A DNA stretch of 64,000 nt from Macrostomum lignano (taxonomy: Eukaryota), in assembly GCA_002269645.1 (NCBI GenBank), contig NIVC01000049.1:62001-126000 (forward strand). The letters are read 5' to 3'. This document shows positions 23,879-36,380 of this stretch, one piece after another. The notes under the pieces are model-generated. The model was not told the DNA's origin, did no database searches, and was given only the letters and a program-made list of their open reading frames with translations. The first letter of the stretch is position 1. Every line of letters starts with the position of its first letter. Position numbers and translations under genes: made by a program.

Positions 23879-26800
23879 CTATTCCAAGTCGTCATCCAGC
23901 GCATCCTCGAGTCCGCGCGCCGCCGCCAGGCCCCGCTGCCTGGCGTACGGCAACAGTCGTTCGGCTCGGGTTGGGCCGCGAAACAACTGGCGCCGGCTAG
24001 CCTCGCTCAGTCGTCGACATTGTCGGCCAAGCCGGTGACGCGACACAAAGCCTGAGGCTGTAGATCGCTGCTGCTGCTGCTGCTCTTGCTGCTCCTGCTG
24101 GCAGTTGGCATTGGCCAATTCGACTAGTTCTTGTCGACGTTTAACAAAGGATTCGGTTTTTTGTGGAGCTTGTCGTTGCCGCTGGCGGTGTCGTCGAGCT
24201 AGCAGCCAAGTTCGAACGGCGCGTTGCAGTCGAACAGCGCTAGCCGATCTGTGCTGCGCCAGCTGTCTGTCTAACTCGGCCGCCTGTCCGGCAGTGAGGA
24301 ACAGTTTGCCGCGGCCGAACTGTCGCCCGAATCGGACCGGCGGACAAGCCTTGCCGGCCAGTCGACCAGTCAAGATGCCGGCCGCTAGACGGCGCTGATG
24401 ATCGGCTGGCGAGGCGCCGGTTCGTCGACGAAGCAGTCGCTCCGGCGTGCGCGACGGCGTCGTTGGCAGATCGTTCTGCCGACGGTAAGCCAGTTCGAAT
24501 TCGGCCGGCGAAGGCGAGTTCAGCGGACGAGGATGAGGATCTCGCCGGGCCAGCATGAGGCAGCCGTAGCGAGTCAGGAATTCAGCGTAGGTCAGCCGCA
24601 CCGGGTGCAGCCGCCGGGCCGCTCTGGTGGCGGGCAGCAGGCCGCAAGATTCCAATTGCTTGGCAACATCTTCATCCGACCAGCCGGCGCCAGTTTCCAT
24701 CATCATATCGAATCGAACCAAGGACGGTCGCAGACAACGAATCCACAGCGGCCGAGTGGATCGCAATCGATCTATTAGTCTGGCTAGATCTTGACGAAAT
24801 TTAACCGATACGCCGGCCAGAACAGAGCTACTAACAGTAGCATTGCTATTGGAATCAGTTAAAATTTCTCTCAGCATCAGCGATTGAGTCTGTTCTCTAA
24901 GCAGACTGACCAGCTCTGGCGGGCACCTGTCGCGATTGTGCGCCGGAAACTGCTGGATGGAATAAGCGACTTTGCCGGCGAAATGGCGAATAGAGAAGTC
25001 GCCGTTGCTGCTGCTGCAGTTCAGGCGGTCGGCCAACTGTCTGTCTGGCCGGTTAAGCCTGCACAGCTCCTCGAGCGCTGTGAGGCATCTCTCCGCTTGG
25101 CCGATAGCTTCAGTCACGACTGACAGCTCGACTAGACTGTTAGCGCTATCTAGTGAATTGAATTCGTCTTCTACTGGATCGATATCGCCTTCCCAGGGCA
25201 GCCGTTCGGCTGTGTACTCTTGTTTAGCGGCCAATACGAAATGATTCAAATAGAACTGTTGCAAACGTTCGTTGGCGAAGTTTATGAGTAGCTGGTCCAG
25301 GCCTGTGCGCGAGGGGAATGTGTTCTGTTTTTTTATCCGATCTTATTCAAATAGGAAATTTTGTAACAAGGCAAATCAAGGTCATTAAAAACCATTTCTA
25401 GAGCCCAGTTTTTTGGCACCATGCATAGACTCGCATACTTTGGGGCCTTAAACACGGCCTAATTTGGCACAACAGAATCGTCTAGTTTGGCGCCCTAGAA
25501 TCGTCTAGTTTGGCGCCCTAGAATCGTCTAGTTTGGCGCCCTAGAATCGTCTAGTTTGGCGCCCTAGAATCGTCTAGTTTGGCGCCCTAGAATCGTCTAG
25601 TTTGGCGCCCTAGAATCGTCTAGTTTGGCGCCCTAGAATCGTCTAGTTTGGCGCCCTAGAATCGTCTAGTTTGGCGCCCTAGAATCGTCTAGTTTGGCGC
25701 CCTAGAATCGTCTAGTTTGGCGCCCTAGAATCGTCTAGTTTGGCGCCCTAGAATCGTCTAGTTTGGCGCCCTAGAATCGTCTAGTTTGGCGCCCTAGAAT
25801 CGTCTAGTTTGGCGCCCTAGAATCGTCTAGTTTGGCGCCCTAGAATCGTCTAGTTTGGCGCCCTAGAATCGTCTAGTTTGGCGCCCTAGAATCGTCTAGT
25901 TTGGCGCCCTAGAATCGTCTAGTTTGGCGCCCTAGAATCGTCTAGTTTGGCGCCCTAGAATCGTCTAGTTTGGCACCATAGACTTATCTAGTTTGGCACC
26001 ATAAACTCATCTAATTTGGCGCCCTAGACTCAACTAGTTTGGCGCCCTACAATTGGTTGTTTTTTGCACCCTAGAATCAACTTGTATTTCTAAGAAGTCA
26101 CTGCTCTTTCTATACGTAGACCATCAGTCTGAAACCAAGGTAACTTCACGTTCAATGTAATTAAGGAAATTAAAACCATAGACAGCTTATTCTCCCTTAC
26201 CATTTCTTCCAAGAAAATTCTCGAATCCGTACAGATCAAGAATGCCAATAGTGCTACTAGCAGTAGTATAATTAGCATCGCCAGCCTGAATGCACCGATT
26301 AATCTGACCAACTAAATAAGCGAACAGGCTGCCGTAGAGAAATCTGCAGACAGCGTCGCGTCTTCCAGCGCACTCGCGAATAGTGCAAGCTCGAACAAAC
26401 ACCGAGCCTCGACCGGACTCGATTCGAGCGCCGGCTAGACAGGCTAGCAACTGGCCAGCTTCGCTCAGGCCCAAACCCGAGCACGCGGCCGCCTCCGCGT
26501 CAGCAAACGATTCCGACAGAAATTCAGCTGGGGAATTCTCGTCTAGCTTGTCGCTAATAGAATCTCGCGCACCTGAGCTAGTAGTAATTGGCAGCCTGGC
26601 TAATAGTAGAATGCCAGCTAACAGTCTGGCTACTTCCCTGCTAGCCGTGGCAGCCGATAGAAATCTATTCAACAGCGGCGCCACTTTGGTCCAGCTGTGA
26701 CTGGGCGACAGGGGCCTGTGGCCGCTATGAATGCCAGGATCGACTATTAACGTTAGGCGCTTATCAAGATTTTCATCGTTTAAATCGGCGCGAAAATCGG

Positions 26801-28926
26801 TGTCGTATAGGCAGCAGAGCAGCGAGTGGAATGGTCGGTCGCGCCAATGCTGGAGCTGCTGCTGCTGACTGGCATCGGCACAGGGCCGGAGGGCGCGGCC
26901 GCGTTCCAGCAGGAGTACGCGGATCTGACCGCCAAGGAGGCGGCCGTGGCTGACCAGTGGGGGGATTATTGAGCAATCACTGACTCGCACAGGGCAACCT
27001 CTCTTCTTATTTCCTATATTTGACTAACTCTTAATCTCACTCTCTGGATCTAATTGTCAATATATAATCTCATCCCCTAGATTCTACTGTCAATCTCTAA
27101 TCTCACCCTTATATTCGGGTAGATTTTACTGTAAATCTCTAATCTCACCCTTATAGATCCTACTGTCAATTTCTAATCTCACCCTTATAGATCCTACTGT
27201 AAATCTCTAATCTCTCCCTTTTAGATCCTACTGTCAAGATCTAATCTCACCATAATAGATACTACTGTCAATTTCTAATCTCACCCTTATAGATCTTACT
27301 GTCAAGCTCTTTAATGTTACTATCTAGATCTAGCTGCTAATTTCTAATCTCACCTACTAGATTCAACTGCAAAGCTCTTATCTCACCCCTTACCCCTCTA
27401 GATTTAACTGCGGATCTCTAATCTTATCCCCTAGATCTAACTACCGGTTTCTCACCTCATCCCTTTAATCTAACTGTAAAAATCTCATCGCATCCCCTCT
27501 TTTTGGCTGTGAGTCTGACTACTAATATTAGCAGCAAAATACTTCAAAAACGACAACTCACCGATTAAACCTGAGCTCCAGATGTCGCCCAAATCGCGAC
27601 GAGTTTTCATTCTCATCTGTGCAGGCATTGCCAAAGCATTCCAGCAAAGGATTGACAGCCTCGATAACCGATTCGATAGGTTCGGTCTGGCTGCAGTCCT
27701 GTTGACAGCTGAGGCTGCTACTGGCGTGGCTTAGGAATCGCAGCAGGTGCTTGCTGGACTCGGTCTAAAAATTGTTTGCATTCGAGCTTGAGTCCAGTTT
27801 TATCACCCTAAAATGTACTTTTATTTTATAGAGCGCCCTCAATGTTCCATTCTGAGCTGCTTTTGGTGCCTTTGATGTCCTTAACCTATTTTAAATAACC
27901 TAGCTAGACCATATAGCGGGTTAATGAGTTCATCTTCTTAACGCTAGAAAATCAACAAATAAAATAAAATAACCAAACCTTTCCGGAACCGCTCACACCG
28001 GACACAATCAACGTTTGAGCATTAGTACCTTCGCCGGCGCAGCTTGATGTCGAACTATTAACTAGCAAATTGTGATAGGCCACCGCTGCCAGGCCGTAGA
28101 CGTGAGGTGGCTGCTTTGTCAGCAGAGACTGCAAATGTTTTTGTGTAAATAGCATTTTTAGCTTATCTACTATACCTTACCCTTTCTACTATATTGTTGC
28201 ATACTACTTTAGGTCTATTCACACTCACCCACTCTCCAACCACCAATCTCACCTCTGACCCTTTATCTACTCTCACCACAAATCTCTCCTCTCTTACTAT
28301 TCCTCAACCAATTTCTCCTCTCGTCCAATATCTATCAATCAATCTCTCCTGTCGCCCTATATCTATCTATCAATCTCTCCTCTCACCCTCTACCTATCAA
28401 CCAATCTCTAATCTCACCCTATATCTATCAATCAATCTCTCATCTCGCCCTATATCTATCAATCAATCGATCCTCTCGCCCTCTACCTATCAATCAATCT
28501 CTAATCTCACCCTATATCTATCAATCTCTCTTCTCACACTATCTATCAATCAATCTCTTCTCTCACCCCACGTCACTCCAGCAACCCATGGCACCCCAAC
28601 ACAAACAGCCCCAGTCTACAGTCAGTAAACCAAACCCTAGCCCAGCTAACAAACCTGAGTTTGCGAAGCAGTCAAACAGTAGTTGAGCACAGACTCAGTA
28701 TACAACTCTGGCAGAGGTTGACATGGATTGACAGCGACTAGAGTGTTGGCACCACACCAAGTGTAAATTTGAGAGCGAATGTAGCGACTATGCAGACTAT
28801 GGCATTAGTTAGTTAGTTAGTTATTACAAATTATAGTTCACTTTATTAATACTTACTGTTTTGACAGGACTGAACACTCAGTTGACACAAATCATCAATG
28901 GATTCATCATTGGATGCTTCAGACAT
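23879..28926 (-). CDS. Unconventional myosin, class XIX-like; exons 28926-28853 (donor uncertain), 28796-28655, 28128-27979, 27764-27562, 26949-26201, 25302-23879 (~913 aa)
   Basis: [32 protein letters not shown]-loop [22 protein letters not shown] (switch I), DLYGFE (switch II), [12 protein letters not shown], an IQ-like [11 protein letters not shown] and a short tail. NACT and TLVAVNP recall MYO19, but the class needs a phylogeny. Confidence 0.88.
25480..25975. repeat. Highly homogeneous 23-bp minisatellite (TAGAATCGTCTAGTTTGGCGCCC)n in a myosin intron
   Basis: About 21 essentially identical copies with degenerate flanking copies. Confidence 0.96.
27040..27480. repeat. Degenerate ~35-bp repeat (..TCTAATCTCACCCTTATAGATCCTACTGT..) in a myosin intron
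   Basis: About 12 diverged copies. Confidence 0.8.
28230..28560. repeat. Degenerate pyrimidine-rich repeat (AATCTCTCCTCTCACCC / TATATCTATCAATC) in a myosin intron
   Basis: Recurrent subunits read directly. Confidence 0.7.
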
Positions 28927-29931
28927 GTTGACTTTTTATATTAAATATGATAGCTACTTGTGAACCAACTGAAAAGTGATAAAATAAAAAAAAGATATAT
29001 TTATATTTCACAATGAACTCAAGGCACAAAAAAGCTCTTAAAAAAACAAATAGAAACTTCTATTCTAACATGTAAATTTTTTTTTCTATTTTTGTTCCTA
29101 TATACTTGTATATCTATAATAGCTATGTTTTTACATTTATTAATTACTTAAAAGGTGTATTTACATAATAAGATTCTATAATACAGATATTTTAATGCAA
29201 ATTAATAGCAACTAGATAAAAGGTTGACAAACCACTCCATATATGACATAGAGCCCATGAAGCTTCTATATTTAGCCCTTAGATCTTTTGAAATTTTATA
29301 AAAGCAGTCTAACCCACTTAAGGCATGTCTCTTTTCTCCCTTCTATATAGCAATAAGCAAAAATTTTATATGCCAATCCTAGTTGGCTAGAAGAATCACC
29401 CCCATATTATCTAGGACTCAAGCAATATATATTTTTATAGGGCCTACCATGTGCATATAGTTTAGGTAATAAGGGCTAAAGTTTAGATAAATTTAGTTTC
29501 AGGTATAGTCATTCTTCTGATATAAACAAATGAAAAGCTATTGATAAGTGATAGATTAAACTATTTTTGTCATTCTTAACTTTCTTACTACTATATCATA
29601 GTGAAAAATTATATTATTAGATTTAATATAAATAAGATAAGTAAATACAAAAATAAGTTAAAATATAAAGGAGTTGCAACTAGAGCTAAATAAGTCTTTT
29701 TGTTTGATTTTTGTTATAACTAAATGTGAATCATATATCTAACCTTCTAGATCTAATATAAGAAGTTTAAAAGGTAGGCCTAGGCTAGCATGTAGCCTAT
29801 ACATAGAAATAATAAGTTTATAATTATAATAAGCCTATCTAACTATAGGCTAGTTTAAATATAAAATTTATTTAAAATTTGAAATGAAGTGCTCTTTAGA
29901 ACTAAAAGGCTTCAGTCTAAATTTCTTAAAT

Positions 29932-30433
29932 TAAGGATAGCAAAATCTCAGTTTTTTGCAATTCTAGGATCCCAAGATTTAATCCTGGAATTAGGCCAAT
30001 CATAGGATCAAAAAATACTGATTTTAAGCTTCTGGGTTGAAATTTTAAGGCAAAATATGCACTAAATGTTTTTGTTTCCATTTTTAATTGTAAAAAAGTT
30101 AATGATATATTTGTAGATGAAAAACAGCATTATCTTGCGATATATTTAAGTAAGTAATATAAAATTACTAATTAGTAGTAAAGAAGCAAATCAAATATCA
30201 AAATTTACATTGGAATAAATTTCACATTTAAATCTATAATGCTGGGTTTAGAAGGGTGCTGTGTGACATGGGTCAATTTACAGAAATTAGCACAGTATAA
30301 TAAACTAGTTGTGGGCACACTTATGTTCATAATACAATACTTTTTGTAAAAATAATAACAAACATTTGTCCCAATATTCCGGACCCCAAAACTAGGATTT
30401 TGGGATCCCAGGATCCCGAGATTGCAATCCCTA
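29932..30433. mobile_element. hAT-type MITE, 502 bp
   Basis: Imperfect TIRs TAAGGATAGCAAAATCTC / GAGATTGCAATCCCTA with subterminal GGATCCC motifs; perfect 8-bp TSD TCTTAAAT (29924-29931, 30434-30441). Confidence 0.85.
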
Positions 30434-33351
30434 TCTTAAATATGACTAGGCCTAAAATAAAAAAAGAATCCTAGCATTTGGCTATAGTTTTATAAACTTC
30501 AATTGATATATTAAAAAATAGGCCTATTAATATTACAATAGGCCTAGTATATATAGTATGCATTATAAAAAATAGTTCTTGAAGTTGAAAAAACAAATGG
30601 AAATAAAAAACCAGCAGCTTGAGCTAGGCCCTAGCTGTCTAATCTGTTTCTGCAATAGGCCTAGTGTTATTGATAACACATATTGATAACACATTATTGA
30701 TAATGATAACACATGTTATTGATTTATAGGCCCTATAAAAACTTCAACTCATAATCAGCCTGTGTTCTGTGTACTAGCCTGACTATCTGCCAATGATACC
30801 AGTCTAGCATAGGCCTAGGCCTACAGACCCAGTCCCAGTGCAGTGTTACAACCTGGAATTCAGTGAGGGGTGCGATCCCGAGGGTCGGAAATCTATTTTG
30901 GCAAATATTCGCTTGGCCCCAACTCGAGGGGTGACTCGCGACACAGGGCCAGGTCTAGCAAACTCCTACATACGGTAGTTAAAAATAGACAAATAATAAG
31001 GAATGATACAGAAAACATATAATACTTAAGACTATAAAATTTATCAAAGCAATTACAGTTCAGGTACAAACGGGAGACAACTAAAAAAATTAGAAGACCT
31101 AGCCTTTATAACGGCAGTTTTAAGTACAATTAAACACATCCCCGTCACGTTGCGCATAAATATTTTATTTCAAACTCTCACGACATTGCAAGCAGTAAAC
31201 CAAAGGCAGAATCTACGTTTTGTTTTTTTTAATTAACAAAAAGGTCAAAATTAACATTTACATGTCGTATTTATAGTTACAGAGCTGTAAAGTATTTTTC
31301 CGATCATTCAAACCTAATTTAACATAGAAAATCTGTACATTGCTTAATCCATATATTTTCGTTCTTTCGTGCGTGCAATCGACAATCGTCAGGATATATG
31401 AAGCATAGAAAAATACTGCAACATCTTCATTCTTCCGGAGTATACAAGTACAAGTATAGAGGTTTTAAAATGTATGAAACAACATTTTGAAAAACATACA
31501 ACTGCAAAAACAGCCTAAATGTTTTTGTTGCACGTGTCCAGATGATCCTTGTTGAGAGGTACTGCATGAACATGTTATACATAAATTAGTTTGGAATTAG
31601 ATAATTTTCCGCGGATACATTCAGATAGCCACGCGTCCCGTGCTGTTTTTTTCTTTTGCCACTGTATCAGATCTATCGATCACGTACGGTTTAGGAGCTG
31701 GGCCAGGGGCGCCAGCACTCCTAAGCAAATGCAAATGCGTGAATACTGCACTGTACGCATGCAGGCATGCACTTACACACGCTCACACAGGTTGTACAGA
31801 AGCCCGTACTTTCCTAGCTAATCGTCAAGCATATGTGCCTTCATGGGGATGTGTGAATCGAATGACAACCCCGCCTAATTTTTCATGCACAAGCCCGTAT
31901 TTTTTACTTTTTTATGAGTCGAATCAGAGGTACACATGTACATGTATTTACAACAGGGCTACTCTTGCCCCCTTCCCCTTTGAAACACAACAGTCTGGTT
32001 CCAGATCCCATAGTCGGAAATCCGATTTCGATATAATGTTGTTTTGGTCAGACCACATGAGTTGAGCGGATTGCGGGCAGCGGATCGATCAGCAAAATCT
32101 TATATAGGATTTACGCTAATCTTCTGTACTGTACCTTTCAAAGTCTGCGTTTGTCTTCTGACTTGTCACCACTTTACTGTCACCACGCAACTGGCTCTAC
32201 TCGCCAATTCCACAAATATAAGCCATTGGGTGCTACATACAATGCTTTTAAAGTTGCATATATAATTGTAGCTATATTAAAAACAAATTTTTGCAAAATA
32301 ATTCCAATGAAAACACGGGACAGCCAAGATTGCACTGAATGTGCGCACAGTTACCACAGTGCTTGAATAAGGCTCATAGGACTTAAGCCCAGATTCTACC
32401 GGTAACTACGAGATGCCTCTTTCTTATCGTGCAAATGCACAGGACTATAAGAATGGGCTTGCTCAGAGATGGAGAAAATAACCTGGAGAGGAGAGGAGAG
32501 GACAGAGGGAGAGAGGTAAGAGCTGAGAGACTGCTCAACTGTCATTGGTTCACTTAGCTTTGCCAACCCCCGGGCAGTAGTAAAGCGAAATGCGCGGTTG
32601 CTTCTGCATGCACGGGGTAAAAGAAGAATGACATGCGGTAGAGCGCGGTAGAGGTAAATTAGCAGCCCCGGAGCATGCCCCCTCAAAACCTGCACTAGTC
32701 TGTTTGAGTTTCAGCAACTTGCTACAGAATCTTTTACTGCGACTGCGAACCCCCTCTTGGTGAGTTCAAATTGCATATTCTACGTAGCTACATCTGTCTA
32801 CTGGTATTCTGAGCATCACAAGTTGACTCCTTCTTGGCTGGCATGTACATAATTTATTTAGAATTCAAAAACTCGGATCTTTACAGAAGAAGCAGAAAGG
32901 TTTTTACACTAAACTAGAGAGACATAGATTAATTGATATCAGTTATTTTAGCGAGGTTTGAGTCAGTCTGGAGTCCATATTTCTGATCCTTCGCCCATCG
33001 GTTGCTAGGTTTATCATCGGAGTTGGGGTTGGCCGTTACTTCTCCCCCTCTACTCGGCCAAATTCCACTCTCGTCAGAACCGACCTCGCCTGTCAACCCC
33101 CTTGCTTTATCTCGCTTGCATGCTAGTTGAAGTCTTCTTTCTTTGGTGTCTGGAATGGAGGGTGATTGTTGTATTCTTATCACACTTATTCCAACGCTAC
33201 AGACCTCTCTACTCCTTCCATTTAGGCGCCTTATTTTTTTACTTTCACTTATAGCACTTCGAACATAACCTAATCATAGTTTGGTGTTCTTTTACTTTGC
33301 TTCTCTTTATGCACCTTACTCTTGCGGATTTTTAAACCCTATAGTCAGTCA

Positions 33352-34260
33352 TCTGAGTGGGTGCCATTTCATCTAAGTGGATGCCATTTCATCTGAGTGG
33401 GTGCCATTTCATCTGAGTGGGTGCCATTTCATCTGAGTGGGTGCCATTTCATCTGAGTGGGTGCCATTTCATCTTAGTGGGTGCCATTTCATCTTAGTGG
33501 GTGCTATTTCATCTGAGTGGGTGCCATTTCATCTAAGTGGATGCCATTTCATCTGAGTGGGTGCCATTTCATCTGAGTGGGTGCCATTTCATCTGAGTGG
33601 GTGCCATTTCATCTGAGTGGGTGCCATTTCATCTTAGTGGGTGCCATTTCATCTTAGTGGGTGCTATTTCATCTGAGTGGGTACCATTTCATCTGAGTGG
33701 GTGCCATTTCATCTGAGTGGGTGCCATTTCATCTTAGTGGGTGCTATTTCATCTTAGTGGGTGCCATTTCATCTGAGTGGGTGCCATTTCATCTGAGTGG
33801 GTGCCATTTCATCTGAGTGGGTGCTATTTCATCTGAGTGGGTGCCATTTCATCTTAGTGGGTGCCATTTCATCTTAGTGGGTGCTATTTCATCTGAGTGG
33901 GTGCTATTTCATCTGAGTGGGTACCATTTCATCTGAGTGGGTGCCATTTCATCTGAGTGGGTGCCATTTCATCTGAGTGGGTGCCATTTCATCTCAGTGG
34001 GGTGCCATTTCATCAGAGTGCCATTTCATCAGAGTGCCATTTCATCAGAGTGCCATTTCATCAGAGTGCCATTTCATCAGAGTGCCATTTCATCAGAGTG
34101 CCATTTCATCAGAGTGCCATTTCATCAGAGTGCCATTTCATCAGAGTGCCATTTCATCAGAGTGCCATTTCATCAGAGTGCCATTTCATCAGAGTGCCAT
34201 TTCATCAGAGTGCCATTTCATCAGAGTGCCATTTCATCAGAGTGCCATTTCATCAGAGTG
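33352..34260. repeat. Two-part minisatellite: 20-bp (GTGCCATTTCATCTGAGTGG)n switching to 16-bp (GTGCCATTTCATCAGA)n
   Basis: About 32 20-mers to ~34000, then about 15 16-mers; ends ~110 bp upstream of the mannosidase ATG. Confidence 0.95.
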
Positions 34261-34368
34261 GATGCAACTACACACTGTCAATAATCGTTGCAGGCTCTGA
34301 TCTACAGCACCCTGCAGCATACACCCTGAGTCAGCTCGAGCGTACACTGATAGCCACGGAGCCTCAGC

Positions 34369-35985
34369 ATGTTATTCAGACCGCTGCAGCGGATACAGCT
34401 GCGTCTGAAACTTCACAGGACTCATCTTTTCGCTCTAATACTGACTCTTGTTGTCATCACTGTCTACTACCGGACGGTGATGCTTCAACCAGGCGGAAGC
34501 CGCTGGCGCTACGCGAACCCCTTGAAGATCTTCATACTAGCCAGCAGCAGCTTGGATGACGCCGACCAGGCCGGAATGGCGGCGGTCCGCGAGATGGCCC
34601 AGTTCGCCTGGCGCGGCTACACCAACTCGTGCCTGAGGCAGCACAAGACTGGCAACGAGCTCGCTCCGCTAACCAGGAATTGCTCCTCAAACTCGGACGG
34701 CATCGTTGGCGCAGGCAACCTGTTGACCGTCATCGACTCGCTGGACACCCTGGCTGTACTCGGTTTGCCCGCCGAGTTCGATGAGGGCCGAAGTTTTATT
34801 AGAAACTTCTACAATCCGCAACGAACTTGGCAGGAAGTAAGCGTATTCGAGACCACGATTCGGCTGCTCGGCGGGTTGCTAGGGGCCTATTCGGTGAGCG
34901 AGGATGTCCTGTTCCTGAAGCTGGCTGCCCAGCTAGGAGACGGCTTGGCCCCGGCGTTTCCTAGAGACGGCGGGTTTTTCCCCAGAGTGAAATTGTTCAG
35001 CAACGTGACTCCGTCATCGAATTTGATTTACACTGCCGAGATTGGCTCGCTTTACCTGGAGTTTGCATACCTGGCCGAGCTCACGGGCAATGAGAAATAC
35101 TTCAACTGGGTGGATAAACTCCAGAGAGAATTGCTGCAAATTCGAGGCCTGGATGGCATTTTAACGAAGCAGCTGATGCTGAGGGAGCCGGCAACACTCG
35201 ATGTAGCTTCCGGACCGTTCTCCATCGCCGGTGGCACAGATTCCTACTACGAATACCTGGTCAAGAGGTGCATGTTCGATTCCGATGTCAAGCCCGACTG
35301 CGTTGACACTTTCACAAAGGTGCTGGACTCCATCATGAAGCACCTGACAGTTCACGTTAGCAAAGATGACAGCGGAGGAGTTCACACCTGCATTGGCGAG
35401 CTGAGTCACCCTACGGATTTGAAGCTGTGCTCAATGGACCATCTGACCTGTTTCGCTGGCGGTATGTTTGCCCTGGCCTACCTGCAGGTGCCGAAACGAG
35501 TTGACTGGCTAGATTACGCCGAGAAGATCACAGAGACCTGCTACCTGTCCTACCAGCACAGCCCCACTAAACTCGGCCCAGAGAAATTTGCTTACGATTT
35601 CGACAGTAAGAAATTTGTAGCAGATATTGACATGTACATTCTCCGACCGGAAACTGTGGAGTCGCTATTTTACCTGTACCGGGTGACAGGTAAACCCAAG
35701 TACCGGCAATGGGGCTGGAGCATTCTGAAAGCATTGAACACGTCGACAAGAGTTGGTAGCGGTTTCAGCGGCATCGAGTCCATGAACAGCGCTTATATGA
35801 GACACGACAACATGCAGTGGTCATTTTTCCTAGCTGAGACGCTCAAGTATCTGTACCTGCTGTTCTCGCCGACAGATAAACTCCCGCTGGACCTGTGGCT
35901 GTTCAACACCGAGGCGCACGCCATCCCGACTCGGTTGAATCCGCTGCGAAAGAAACTGGCCAGAAGGGGAATGCGGACAATTTGA
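34369..35985 (+). CDS. Class I alpha-1,2-mannosidase (GH47), type II membrane protein, intronless, 538 aa
   Basis: N-terminal TM (LFALILTLVVITVYY); LLTVIDSLDTL, SVFETTIRLLGGLL, DSYYEYLVK, MDHLTCFAGG, YILRPETVESLFYLYR, SFFLAETLKYLYLLF and FNTEAH match GH47. Confidence 0.96.
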   Translation: MLFRPLQRIQLRLKLHRTHLFALILTLVVITVYYRTVMLQPGGSRWRYANPLKIFILASSSLDDADQAGMAAVREMAQFAWRGYTNSCLRQHKTGNELAPLTRNCSSNSDGIVGAGNLLTVIDSLDTLAVLGLPAEFDEGRSFIRNFYNPQRTWQEVSVFETTIRLLGGLLGAYSVSEDVLFLKLAAQLGDGLAPAFPRDGGFFPRVKLFSNVTPSSNLIYTAEIGSLYLEFAYLAELTGNEKYFNWVDKLQRELLQIRGLDGILTKQLMLREPATLDVASGPFSIAGGTDSYYEYLVKRCMFDSDVKPDCVDTFTKVLDSIMKHLTVHVSKDDSGGVHTCIGELSHPTDLKLCSMDHLTCFAGGMFALAYLQVPKRVDWLDYAEKITETCYLSYQHSPTKLGPEKFAYDFDSKKFVADIDMYILRPETVESLFYLYRVTGKPKYRQWGWSILKALNTSTRVGSGFSGIESMNSAYMRHDNMQWSFFLAETLKYLYLLFSPTDKLPLDLWLFNTEAHAIPTRLNPLRKKLARRGMRTI

Positions 35986-36084
35986 GCATAGTCTACCCGG
36001 TGATTACTACTGCTAGTAGCAAGGGCTGCGATCAGAAACTGACAGACGATTTTAAACCACTAGATATTCCCATGTGTTTAAGAT

Positions 36085-36380
36085 GTGTTTAAGCTGCTGC
36101 GAAGATGTCTTTAAGCCACTGAAAAGATGTGTTTAAGCTACTGAGATGTGTTTAAGCCACTGAAAAGATGTGTTTAAGCTACTGAGATGTGTTTAAGCCA
36201 CTGAAAAGATGTTTTTAAGCCACTGAAAAGATTTGTTTAAGCTACTAAGATGTGTTTAAGCCACTGAAAAGATGTGTTTAAGCCACTGAAAAGATGTGTT
36301 TAAGCTACTGAGATGTGTTTAAGCCACTGAAAAGATGTGTTTAAGCTACTGAGATGTGTTTAAGCCACTGAAAAGATGTG
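36085..36380. repeat. Dimeric 22/19-bp repeat (GATGTGTTTAAGCCACTGAAAA / GATGTGTTTAAGCTACTGA)
   Basis: Alternating variants downstream of the mannosidase. Confidence 0.9.

Noticed and set aside
23186-24055. 289-aa + strand ORF
   Set aside because: A 39-bp repeat (13-aa period) fused to the antisense of the myosin terminal exon.
30838-32370. Possible larger DNA transposon starting CAGTGTTACAAC
   Set aside because: No matching right terminus, TSD or transposase ORF could be found by eye.
32396-33183. Minus-strand ORFs (LAKLSEPMTVEQ..) as possible upstream myosin exons
   Set aside because: The DDL motif and a start ATG are already at 28926; there is no convincing homology or compatible splice path.
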